A program made the position numbers and the translations under genes. This document shows positions 53,931-62,031 of a stretch of DNA of 64,000 nucleotides, one piece after another (within the stretch, counting starts at the first letter, position 1; the number at the start of each line of letters is the position of its first letter). The stretch is from an uncultured Actinomycetes bacterium (GTDB lineage: Bacteria > Actinomycetota > Thermoleophilia > UBA2241), in assembly GCA_963845355.1 (NCBI GenBank), contig CAWJRV010000041.1, positions 9,235 to 73,234 on the forward strand. The letters run 5' to 3'. The notes under the pieces were generated by a model that saw nothing but the letters and a program-made list of their open reading frames with translations, did not search any database and was not told where the DNA came from.

Positions 53931-55079
53931 CTAAGCCTGGCCTTGCGCCCCGGCGGCCGACGATTGGGCGGGGTCGGGGTCGGCATCCGCCGCCGGGCCG
54001 GACGCCGCCGGCCGCTCGCCGCGGTCGGCGTCGACGTCGGAGCTCTGCGTGAGCTCCAGGAAGTAGTCTTCGAGGCCCTGCTCGACGGCCGGCACCACGG
54101 CGCGCACGTCGATGCCGTCGGCGACCAGCCGCCGCACGAGCTCCGGCACCCCCTCGTCGCCGGCCCGCACGACGACATAGCCCTCATCCCAGCTCACGGC
54201 CTCGGCGCCGAACAGGCCGCGCGCCGTCTCGAAGGCCTTCTGCTGGTCGGCGGTCATCACCTTGACCGCCTCTTCGCGGGGCCGCAGCGTGGCCACCGGC
54301 CCCTCGATCACGGTGCGACCCCGGTTGATGATCGCGGCCCGGTCGCAGACCTGCTCGACCTCGTGCAGCAGATGCGACGACAGCAGCACCGTGGTGCCGC
54401 CCTTGCCCAGCTCGCGCACCAGCTCGCGGACGTCCTTCATGCCCTGCGGGTCGAGGCCGCTCGTGGGCTCGTCGAGGATGATCACGTCGGGCCGCCCGAG
54501 CAGGGCGTTGGCGATTCCCAGGCGCTGCTTCATGCCGTGCGAGAAGCCGCCGACTTTGGTGTCGCCGCGAGCCAGCAGGCCGACGATGTCGAGCACCTCA
54601 GAGATGCGCTGCTCGCTGACCTCACCGCCGGCCGAACCGATCAGCCGCAGATTACGGCGGGCGCTCATGTTGGGGTAGAAGGCGGGTACCTCGACGAAGC
54701 CGCCCAGGTGACGCAAAGCGGCGACCCTTGCCCCGGGCACACGGTGACCGGCGACCTCGGCGTAGCCGCTCGTCGGGAAGATGAGGCCGAAGATCATGCG
54801 GATCGTGGTCGTCTTGCCGGCGCCGTTGGGACCGAGAAAGCCGAACACCTCGCCGCGGCAGACCGTGAGATCGAGGTGATCGACTGCCAGCAGCTTGCCG
54901 AAGCGCTTGGTCAGGCCGTGGGTGGCCAGCACGACGGGGCGATCGTCGCACGTCTGCGTCGGCGTCAGACCGGCGGAGTCAGCCTCGCCGACAACCGCGG
55001 GCGGCGCTGTCGCGCCGCCCGCGTCCGTCTCGTTCGTGCCGCTACGCGCCGCCCCGGACTCCTGGCCTTCGCCGGTCAT
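53931..55079 (-). CDS. ABC transporter ATP-binding protein
   Basis: Walker A GPNGAGKTT, signature FSHGMKQRL, Walker B VIILDEPTSGLD. Low-complexity N- and C-terminal extensions. Confidence 0.9.
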   Translation of the reverse strand: MTGEGQESGAARSGTNETDAGGATAPPAVVGEADSAGLTPTQTCDDRPVVLATHGLTKRFGKLLAVDHLDLTVCRGEVFGFLGPNGAGKTTTIRMIFGLIFPTSGYAEVAGHRVPGARVAALRHLGGFVEVPAFYPNMSARRNLRLIGSAGGEVSEQRISEVLDIVGLLARGDTKVGGFSHGMKQRLGIANALLGRPDVIILDEPTSGLDPQGMKDVRELVRELGKGGTTVLLSSHLLHEVEQVCDRAAIINRGRTVIEGPVATLRPREEAVKVMTADQQKAFETARGLFGAEAVSWDEGYVVVRAGDEGVPELVRRLVADGIDVRAVVPAVEQGLEDYFLELTQSSDVDADRGERPAASGPAADADPDPAQSSAAGAQGQA

Positions 55080-55085
55080 CCCCGG

Positions 55086-56423
55086 TTACTGCAGGCTGCC
55101 GGCGATCTGGTTCAGGTCGCTCCAGGGCACGAAGCCGGCGACGATCACCCGCACGTCGCCTTGCCGGAACGTGATGACCGAGCCCAGCTCGGTCTGCAGC
55201 CTGGTGGCGGGCACCCCGTTGACGGTCGCCTTGCCGATCGCCGAGAGTTGACCGAGCTGCTGCTGGAGCTGCGCGTCCTGGGCCGTCGTCGTCTTTGTCT
55301 CGACGACCAGCACCGTGCCGAAGCCGGTGCCGTAGTCGAGCACGGCGGTCGGATGCTTTCCGAGAGCAGCGATCATCTTTGCCTGTTGGGTCGTGGGGCT
55401 GCCGATAGCGGCCTGCGCCTTGGCGGCCGTCGGCGTGACGAACGCCCCACGGAAGGCGATGCCGGCGGGAGTCGACGACGGCGTCAGCAGGAACGGCGCC
55501 TTGGCCTTGGCCTGCGTCAGGGTGAGAAGCAAACGATGGGCTGCTCCGCCCTTGGCCTCGATGCCCGACTTGGCGGCTGTGCCACGCACCGGCGCTCCCT
55601 GCGCCGCGCCCGGCGTGCTCACCTGCTTGTGGACGACGGTGGCGCCGCTCGGCGGGGTGAAGCTGAAGAGGCTGTTCGAGATGGGCGCGAAGGACACCGT
55701 CTTGAAGCCGGCCGACATGACCGCGCTGCCGTCGCCCTTCGCGAAGACCTGCACCCGCAGCGGCACCCAGCGATGCCCGTCGATGGCCACCCGCACTGAA
55801 CCGAAGGCGGTGACCGGCGAGGTCGGCGTGAGCGTCAGCGTGTAGGTCTGCCGGCCCGCGACCACAGACTGCCCGGTGACGCTGAGCGTGGCGTTGGGCG
55901 AGATCTTCTGGATGAGCGCGGCGATGGCCGTGGCCGGGTCGACGCTCGCCTCCGGCGACGGCGAGAGCGACGACGCAGGAGCGCCCGCGCGGCCGTGCGC
56001 GCCGCCCGCAGGAGAGTACTGCGTGGCCGTGCTGGTCATCGAGTCCCAGGTCCAGATAGTGGCGCCGTTGAACACGGCGACGAAGTCGCCGCCCTGGCCC
56101 TGCGACTCGAGACGCGCCTTGCCGTTCTGAGCCCAGACCCGGCCGGACCCTCCGGTGAGCAGCGACGAGAGCCCCGCCGGCGTCTGGTTGCCGCCCAGCG
56201 ACGACAGCAGCGAGCTGCTGCCGAGAAGGTCGTTGCTCCAAGCCACATCGCCGCTGACCGCGGTCGTGCCCTGAGCCCTGGTGGCGACGTTCTGCAGGAG
56301 CTGCGAGACGGTGATCGACGGAAGGCTCGACGGGCCCTGCGCGCCGGCCGTCACGACACCGACGATCAGCACTGCGGCCAGGACGGCTCCCGCGACGATG
56401 ATGACGAGGGTTCTGCGACGCAT
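55086..56423 (-). CDS. secreted/anchored LolA-like (lipoprotein-carrier fold) domain protein
   Basis: ATG 56423 after GAAGGAG. Signal-anchor MRRRTLVIIVAGAVLAAVLIVGVV. ARLESQGQGGDFVAVFNGATIWTWD and TYTLTLTP are typical of LolA/RseB-like open barrels. The family assignment is moderate. Confidence 0.6.
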   Translation of the reverse strand: MRRRTLVIIVAGAVLAAVLIVGVVTAGAQGPSSLPSITVSQLLQNVATRAQGTTAVSGDVAWSNDLLGSSSLLSSLGGNQTPAGLSSLLTGGSGRVWAQNGKARLESQGQGGDFVAVFNGATIWTWDSMTSTATQYSPAGGAHGRAGAPASSLSPSPEASVDPATAIAALIQKISPNATLSVTGQSVVAGRQTYTLTLTPTSPVTAFGSVRVAIDGHRWVPLRVQVFAKGDGSAVMSAGFKTVSFAPISNSLFSFTPPSGATVVHKQVSTPGAAQGAPVRGTAAKSGIEAKGGAAHRLLLTLTQAKAKAPFLLTPSSTPAGIAFRGAFVTPTAAKAQAAIGSPTTQQAKMIAALGKHPTAVLDYGTGFGTVLVVETKTTTAQDAQLQQQLGQLSAIGKATVNGVPATRLQTELGSVITFRQGDVRVIVAGFVPWSDLNQIAGSLQ

Positions 56424-56571
56424 CCCGAACAGCTCCTTCACCTGTGGCTCCCAGCTTCTGCGTCGGTCCGCGCAGCCGCCGCTGTCCCCCCGATACACTC
56501 CCCTCTCAGGCCTTGTTCCATGTTTGCCCGCAATCGGAACGTCGGCCGGCAGCCAGACGCGCCGAGTCCTG

Positions 56572-57030
56572 TCAGTTCTCCAGGCGCACCGTGTAGCGCT
56601 CGACGCCGTCGGCATGCCAGTACTTGTCGTAGAGGTGGCGCGCGTCGGCGCCGTCCAAAGCCAGCCAGTAGACCCGCGACCAGCCACTTGCCCGGCCCAG
56701 ATCGACGACCGCCTCGATGAGCCGGCGCCCGATACCGCGGCCGCGAGATTCGGGCCGCACGTAGAGGTCGTCGAGAAGGCAGCTCAGGTGCTCGCTCCAG
56801 GTGTGCAGGTGCAGCACGTAGTCGGCGAGCCCCACCATTTCGCCGTCCTCGACGGCGACGAGGCAGCCCACCGGCGCGGCCTCGTCGCCGATGCGGCGCC
56901 AGTTCGCACTTGCCACACTTTCGGGCAGCCGGACGCCGTGGAAGGCGTTGAAGTCGGTCCACAGCCTGCGCCACTGGGCTTCGTCGGCGGCGACGGCCGC
57001 CCGTATGATGAGGTCCGGTTCAGGCTCCAT
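56572..57030 (-). CDS. GNAT family N-acetyltransferase
   Basis: ATG 57030 after GGAGG. Motif VRPESRGRGIGRRLIEAVVDLG. Confidence 0.8.
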   Translation of the reverse strand: MEPEPDLIIRAAVAADEAQWRRLWTDFNAFHGVRLPESVASANWRRIGDEAAPVGCLVAVEDGEMVGLADYVLHLHTWSEHLSCLLDDLYVRPESRGRGIGRRLIEAVVDLGRASGWSRVYWLALDGADARHLYDKYWHADGVERYTVRLEN

Positions 57031-57188
57031 GGCCTCCGACCGACACTCTCGCGCGCTGGAGGCCGGCCCGGACGGCCGCCCTCTCACAGCGGCCATCCTA
57101 CCAGCCCGCACCCTTCGGGCGGCCCTTCTTTGACAGCCGCCCACCCCGGCGGTACGTTTGTCGTACGAGCATCACAAAAGGGGGTGTG

Positions 57189-58060
57189 ATGAGCTCCGCG
57201 ACCTGCCACGCTCTCACCGTCGACCTCGAGGACTGGCACCAGCTTTCGTATCGCCACGTCACGGGAGACTGCTGCGCCACGACGGGCAACGTCGTCACCG
57301 ATACGCACCACATCCTCGCTCTGCTCGCCCAACTCGATCTGCACGCTACGTTCTTCGTGGTGGGACTGGCGCCACCGCGTTTCCCGGCTTGGTACGCAAG
57401 GTGGCCGCGGCCGGCCACGAGATCGGCGGCCACACCTGCGACCACGAGACCCTCTACTCCATGACGCCCGACGACTTCAGAGCCGACATCGAGCGCTCGC
57501 GGGCCCAGTTACAGGACCTGACCGGCCAGCCCGTGATCTCGTTCCGCGCTCCGGCATTCTCGGTCGGGAGCCTGCCCAACGACTCGTTCTTCGAGGCCCT
57601 CGCCGCCGTGGGCTTCGAGTGCGATTCCAGCGTGTTTCCGGTAGCCGGCCTGCGCTACGGCATCCCCGACGCGCCCCGCTACCCGTTCGTCGTGCAGACC
57701 GCGAGCGGGCCGATCCACGAGTTCCCCCTGGCGACCTGGGACCTGGGCGGCCGCCGGCTGCCCGTCGCCGGTGGCACCTGTTTTCGGTTTCTGCCGGGCG
57801 CCGTCCTGGAGTGGGTCGTGGGTGACCTCGATGCCGGCGGCCATACGGCGACCTTCTACTTTCATCCCTACGAGTTCCACCACGGCCTGCTGCATCTGTC
57901 GAGGCTGACCTGGCACGATCGCCTGCAAGCCATGTACGTCAAGCGCCTCGTCCTGCACAACCTGTTCACCGGGTCGGTCTGCGAGCGCTGGGAGACGCTG
58001 CTTGCCGCGCACCGATTCCTTCCCCTGGGAGAGATCCATCGCAATGAGCACAACGACTGA
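57189..58060 (+). pseudogene. polysaccharide deacetylase (NodB + DUF3473-type), apparent 1-nt frameshift
   Basis: The N-terminus ALTVDLEDWHQL...ATFFVVGLAPPRFP is in the frame of track ORF 57186. The remainder, GLVRKVAAAGHEIGGHTCDHE...FRAPAFS..., is in the frame of ORF 57158..58060. The junction lies at TTCCCGGCTT 57381-57390. Confidence 0.7.
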
Positions 58061-58721
58061 CGAATCGGTCCGCCGGCGCTTTGAGCGCGACGCCCGGAGC
58101 TTCGACGCGATCTACCGCATCGACCGCTCCTGGTTCTCACGGCGCTTCAACCAGGTCTTCCGCAAGGCGATCTTCGAGCGCTACGACATCACGTTCGCCG
58201 CGGCGGGGGCCGTCACGGGCAAGGACGTCCTCGACGTGGGCTGCGGGTCGGGCGTGTACGCCGCCGACTTCGCCCGCCGCGGCGCGCGGCGCGTGGTGGG
58301 CGTCGACTTCTCGCCCAACATGCTGGCCCTCGCCGAGCAGGAGGCGGCCGCTCAGGGGGTCGCCGACCACTGCGAGTTCCGTTGCGAAGACTTCATGAAG
58401 TCGGATGCCGATGAGAGCTTCGACGTGAGCATCGCCATGGGCGTCTTCGACTACCTGCCCGAACCGGCGCCGTTCCTGCGCAAGATGGCTGCGCAGACGA
58501 ACGCCAGGGTCATCGTCTCGTTTCCGGGACATTCGCTCGTGCGCGAGCACCTGCGCACACTGCGTTACCGCCTGTCGGGCAGAGGCTCCGTCTTCTTCTA
58601 CACGCGAACCGACGTCGAACGGCTGGCGAGCGAGGCGGGCTTGCAGCGCAGCAGGATCGTCCCCATCGAGTCGTCGGGCAGCGGCTTCGTGCTGGTCGGC
58701 GAAGGCCGGCACGACGTGTAG
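58044..58721 (+). CDS. class I SAM-dependent methyltransferase
   Basis: ATG 58044. SAM motif VLDVGCGSGVYA. It overlaps the deacetylase 3' end by 17 nt. Confidence 0.8.
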   Translation: MSTTTDESVRRRFERDARSFDAIYRIDRSWFSRRFNQVFRKAIFERYDITFAAAGAVTGKDVLDVGCGSGVYAADFARRGARRVVGVDFSPNMLALAEQEAAAQGVADHCEFRCEDFMKSDADESFDVSIAMGVFDYLPEPAPFLRKMAAQTNARVIVSFPGHSLVREHLRTLRYRLSGRGSVFFYTRTDVERLASEAGLQRSRIVPIESSGSGFVLVGEGRHDV

Positions 58722-58736
58722 CGAGCGGCCGGCCCG

Positions 58737-60002
58737 CTACTGCAGCGTCATCACGTAGGCCTTCCAGCCCGAGTAGAAGCTGCCCCAGGACACGCCCAGG
58801 TCGGCGCGGACCGTCTGCTTGACGGCCGGGCCGCTCAGCGAGCCGTCGGCGACATCGACGAAGAAGCGCTTGAGCGTGGTCTGACCCCAGCGGGAGAGGA
58901 CGTACTTCACGAGCGCGCCGCCCTCGAGGTAGGCGAGCGTCACGCGGGCCATGCGCATACCGGTCCACAGATTGGGGTCGGCGAAGGTCGCCAGCAGCGG
59001 CATGCTGCGATTGCCGGCGGCCACCTCGACGCGTAGCGGGTAATAGCTGCGAGCGCCCTCGACCGCGGTCGCCAAGCCCTCGAGCAGTAGCGGCGGGGCG
59101 TGAGCCGTGTTGTAGAACCAGCGCCAGGTGAGCGTGTGAGTCACCTCGTGGGCCAGCATGTGCTCGGTCCACGGGTCGGCCGGCGTCAGCGCCGAGGCCA
59201 GCACGCCGACGTCGGTCGGCCACCAGCGCTTGCTCGAGGTCGTGTCGGGCAGCCGGGCGAAGAAGCGCTCGTTCGCGAGAGTCTTGTTTTGGCCGAGGTA
59301 GTGGCTGACCTCGGCGGGAGTCGAGTACAGCATGATGACGATGGTCCGATCGCCCGTGACCCCCAGCGTGGCGGCGACGTCGGCGCGGGCGCGCGGCATA
59401 TCGCCGGCGAGCTCCTCGGCGAGCGGCCGCCAGCTTTCGTCGAACACCACCACGGCGCCGTGGGCGTCGATCGCACGGGGGCTGCGGAAGGCCATGAGAT
59501 ACTCGTCGCGGATGCCGGCGGGCGACTGGTCGCCGGTGGCGACCAGTCGCCCGCCGGCGCGCTCGACGACCAGGAGCCGCTCGGCCACGATGCGCTGGGG
59601 CGGCCCGGCTCCGTAGGGCCGCCCGACGAGCTCCACGTCGAAGGTCGGGGGTTGTCCGCTGGGTGTGACGACGGCGTGCAGACCGCTCCAGGGGATCGGC
59701 GCCAGACGGCCGTACAGGTCACGAAGGGCCTGGCGGGCGGCGCTCCCCCTTGCGGGCAGCGCCGCTCGCCAGGCGGCCGCGCGGTGCGTCTCGAGGGCCG
59801 GCAGGGCGGCGTCGATCCAGCGCCGCACGTCGCTCGCGCCCACGGTCGGCCGCGAAGGCGCCGACGAAGTGGTGCTCGCGCCGTGCGACGGCGCACGAAA
59901 GGCTTCGACAAAGCCCCACGCCGAGAGGGCGCCGAGCGCGACGATGAGCACCGCGAGCAGCGACAGAGGGATCGAACGACCGAATACGCGACGGACCTGC
60001 AT
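58737..60002 (-). CDS. membrane-anchored putative zinc metallopeptidase (peptidase MA-like HExxH...EGLA)
   Basis: ATG 60002 (MQVRRVFGRSIPLSLLAVLIVALGALSAWGF). Contains HEVTH within MLAHEVTHTL and a downstream LLLEGLATAVEG. Confidence 0.55.
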   Translation of the reverse strand: MQVRRVFGRSIPLSLLAVLIVALGALSAWGFVEAFRAPSHGASTTSSAPSRPTVGASDVRRWIDAALPALETHRAAAWRAALPARGSAARQALRDLYGRLAPIPWSGLHAVVTPSGQPPTFDVELVGRPYGAGPPQRIVAERLLVVERAGGRLVATGDQSPAGIRDEYLMAFRSPRAIDAHGAVVVFDESWRPLAEELAGDMPRARADVAATLGVTGDRTIVIMLYSTPAEVSHYLGQNKTLANERFFARLPDTTSSKRWWPTDVGVLASALTPADPWTEHMLAHEVTHTLTWRWFYNTAHAPPLLLEGLATAVEGARSYYPLRVEVAAGNRSMPLLATFADPNLWTGMRMARVTLAYLEGGALVKYVLSRWGQTTLKRFFVDVADGSLSGPAVKQTVRADLGVSWGSFYSGWKAYVMTLQ

Positions 60003-60281
60003 GGTCTCAGGGTAGCATCTGCGACGAACGGCGGCACAGCGGCGACAAGGTGAGCGCCGCGAGTCGCAGAGTGTGAGAGGCAAGGTAGTGCGAAGTTCAG
60101 GTGACGCTGATTCCCGTCCATGCTTGGTCGAACGGCATCCCGGCGCTCGCCACGGGCGCCGCGGGACGTGTCATACTGCTTCACATGCAGCAGATCTCCG
60201 CTCCCCTCGGCACCGGACTGAAGATCCCCGGCGGTCGCGCTCACGTGCGGTCGGCCGTCGCGTGAGCCCGGGGCCCGGCAC

Positions 60282-61229
60282 ATGATCCCGGTCTTCTTTC
60301 ATCTGGGGCCGATCACCGTCTACAGCTTCGGCGTGATGGCCGCGGCTGCGCTCGTGGCCGCCTGTTATGTGGCTTACCGCCTGCTACGCACCCGGGGTGT
60401 GTCGTTCGAGTTCGCCTACGAGCTGCTGTTCGTCGCCGGCATCGGCGGCTTCGCCGGAGCGCGTATCTACTACCTGATCCAGCACTGGGCGGCCGTCAAG
60501 GGCGACCTGTTCCACAACACCTTCAGCGGCTCGGGCTTCACCTGGTACGGCGGCCTCATCGGCGGCTTCATCTGCGTCGCTCTGTGGAGCCGGTTCCGCC
60601 ACGTGCCTTTGGGCCTCATGGCGAACGCCGCCGGTCCGGCGGTCGCCATGGGCTACGCCGTCGGGCGCATCGGTTGCCTGCTCTCGGGCGACGGCGACTA
60701 CGGCAGCCCTACGAAGTCGTTCATCGGCATCGCCTTTCCGCACGGCACGGTGCCGACCCCTCCGGGCATCAAGGTCTGGCCCACCCCGCCCATGGAGACG
60801 ATCACCATGCTCATCGTCTGCTGGGTGCTCTATCGCATGGCCAAAAAGCCGCAGCCCGGCTGGTATGTGTGGGGCTGGTTCATGGTGCTGGCCGGCGTCG
60901 AGCGCTTTCTGATCGAGTTCATCCGCCGCAATCCGGTCGTCTTTCTGGGCCTGCGGACGACGCAGTGGGAATCGATCGTCAGCGTCGCGATCGGTGTCGC
61001 GGTCATCGTCCTGGTGCGTGGTCGGGAGCCCGTCGAGACGTCGCTCGTGCCGGCCGGCGGCGGGTCGCTGCCCGGCAAGGCGGAGCCGGCGGGCAGAAGC
61101 GCGGCCGGCAAGGGCGAAGTGGCCGGTAGGGGCGGCTCGGCGGGTAAGGGCGGCTCGGCCGGGAAAGGCGGCTCAGCAACCGGGGCGCCTGCCCGCAAGC
61201 AGTCGAAGAATGGGCACACCCGTGCCTGA
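60282..61229 (+). CDS. lgt: prolipoprotein diacylglyceryl transferase with repeat-containing C-terminal tail
   Basis: 315 aa. Contains GARIYY, FTWYGGLIGG and GRIGCLLSGD. The C-terminal tail carries GGSAGK x3. Confidence 0.9.
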   Translation: MIPVFFHLGPITVYSFGVMAAAALVAACYVAYRLLRTRGVSFEFAYELLFVAGIGGFAGARIYYLIQHWAAVKGDLFHNTFSGSGFTWYGGLIGGFICVALWSRFRHVPLGLMANAAGPAVAMGYAVGRIGCLLSGDGDYGSPTKSFIGIAFPHGTVPTPPGIKVWPTPPMETITMLIVCWVLYRMAKKPQPGWYVWGWFMVLAGVERFLIEFIRRNPVVFLGLRTTQWESIVSVAIGVAVIVLVRGREPVETSLVPAGGGSLPGKAEPAGRSAAGKGEVAGRGGSAGKGGSAGKGGSATGAPARKQSKNGHTRA

Positions 61230-61248
61230 CTTCGGCGTGCGCCGGTCT

Positions 61249-62031
61249 TCAGCCTTTTGCGGGCACGGTCACCAGTAGCAGGGGACAGGGCGCGTCTTTC
61301 AGGATGCCACGCAGCACGGTCGAGTGACCCTTGGTGAACACGCCGCCCCAGGCCAGCACGATGAGATCGGCGGCCAGGCGCCTGGATTCGCTCACGATGA
61401 CCTCCTGCGGGTCGCCTACGCGCACGACCGTGCGGTGCTTGCCGCCCTCGGGGCAGGTGGCGAAGCGCATCGTGAACTCCTCGTGCCACGACGACCACTC
61501 GTACTGCTCCTGATCGACCATGCGCGGAGCCGGCAGGCTGCCGGGTTCGTCGGGCGTGTCGGCAGTGCCGACGTGCACAACGACGATCTCGCGCCCTGGC
61601 CGGCAGAAGACCTCGTCGGTCAGGCGCATCGCCGCGGAGCTCGAGGGGCTGCCCTCGAGAGGCACGACGATGCGGCGCAGCGCGGTGATGGGCCGCATGC
61701 CGGGACGCATGACGAACAGGGTCTGCGTGGCGCGGGTGAGGAGGGCGTCGGCCTGGTGGCCGACGCCCTCCTCACCCGCGCCACGCACCATGAAGGCGAT
61801 GACGTCGTCGTCGGTGGCGGCGGCCATGATCTCGTCGGCAGGATCGCCGATCGCCTCGCGCACCTCGGTATTGGTGGTGAGCCGGGCGGGCAGCTCGAGC
61901 GCGGGAGCCTCGGCTGAGGGCTTGACGTACAGGCCGCGCAGCGGCCAGCCGCTGGCGTGGGCGAGCACCCGCGCCGAGGTCAGCAGCTCCTTGCCGTCGG
62001 GTCCAAGGTCGAGTGCGACCAGCAGGTTCAT
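61249..62031 (-). CDS. universal stress protein (tandem Usp domains)
   Basis: 260 aa with two alpha/beta Usp-like halves (IVVPLEGS, DLIVLAWGG). ATGA overlap with the upstream GH65 gene. Confidence 0.7.
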   Translation of the reverse strand: MNLLVALDLGPDGKELLTSARVLAHASGWPLRGLYVKPSAEAPALELPARLTTNTEVREAIGDPADEIMAAATDDDVIAFMVRGAGEEGVGHQADALLTRATQTLFVMRPGMRPITALRRIVVPLEGSPSSSAAMRLTDEVFCRPGREIVVVHVGTADTPDEPGSLPAPRMVDQEQYEWSSWHEEFTMRFATCPEGGKHRTVVRVGDPQEVIVSESRRLAADLIVLAWGGVFTKGHSTVLRGILKDAPCPLLLVTVPAKG

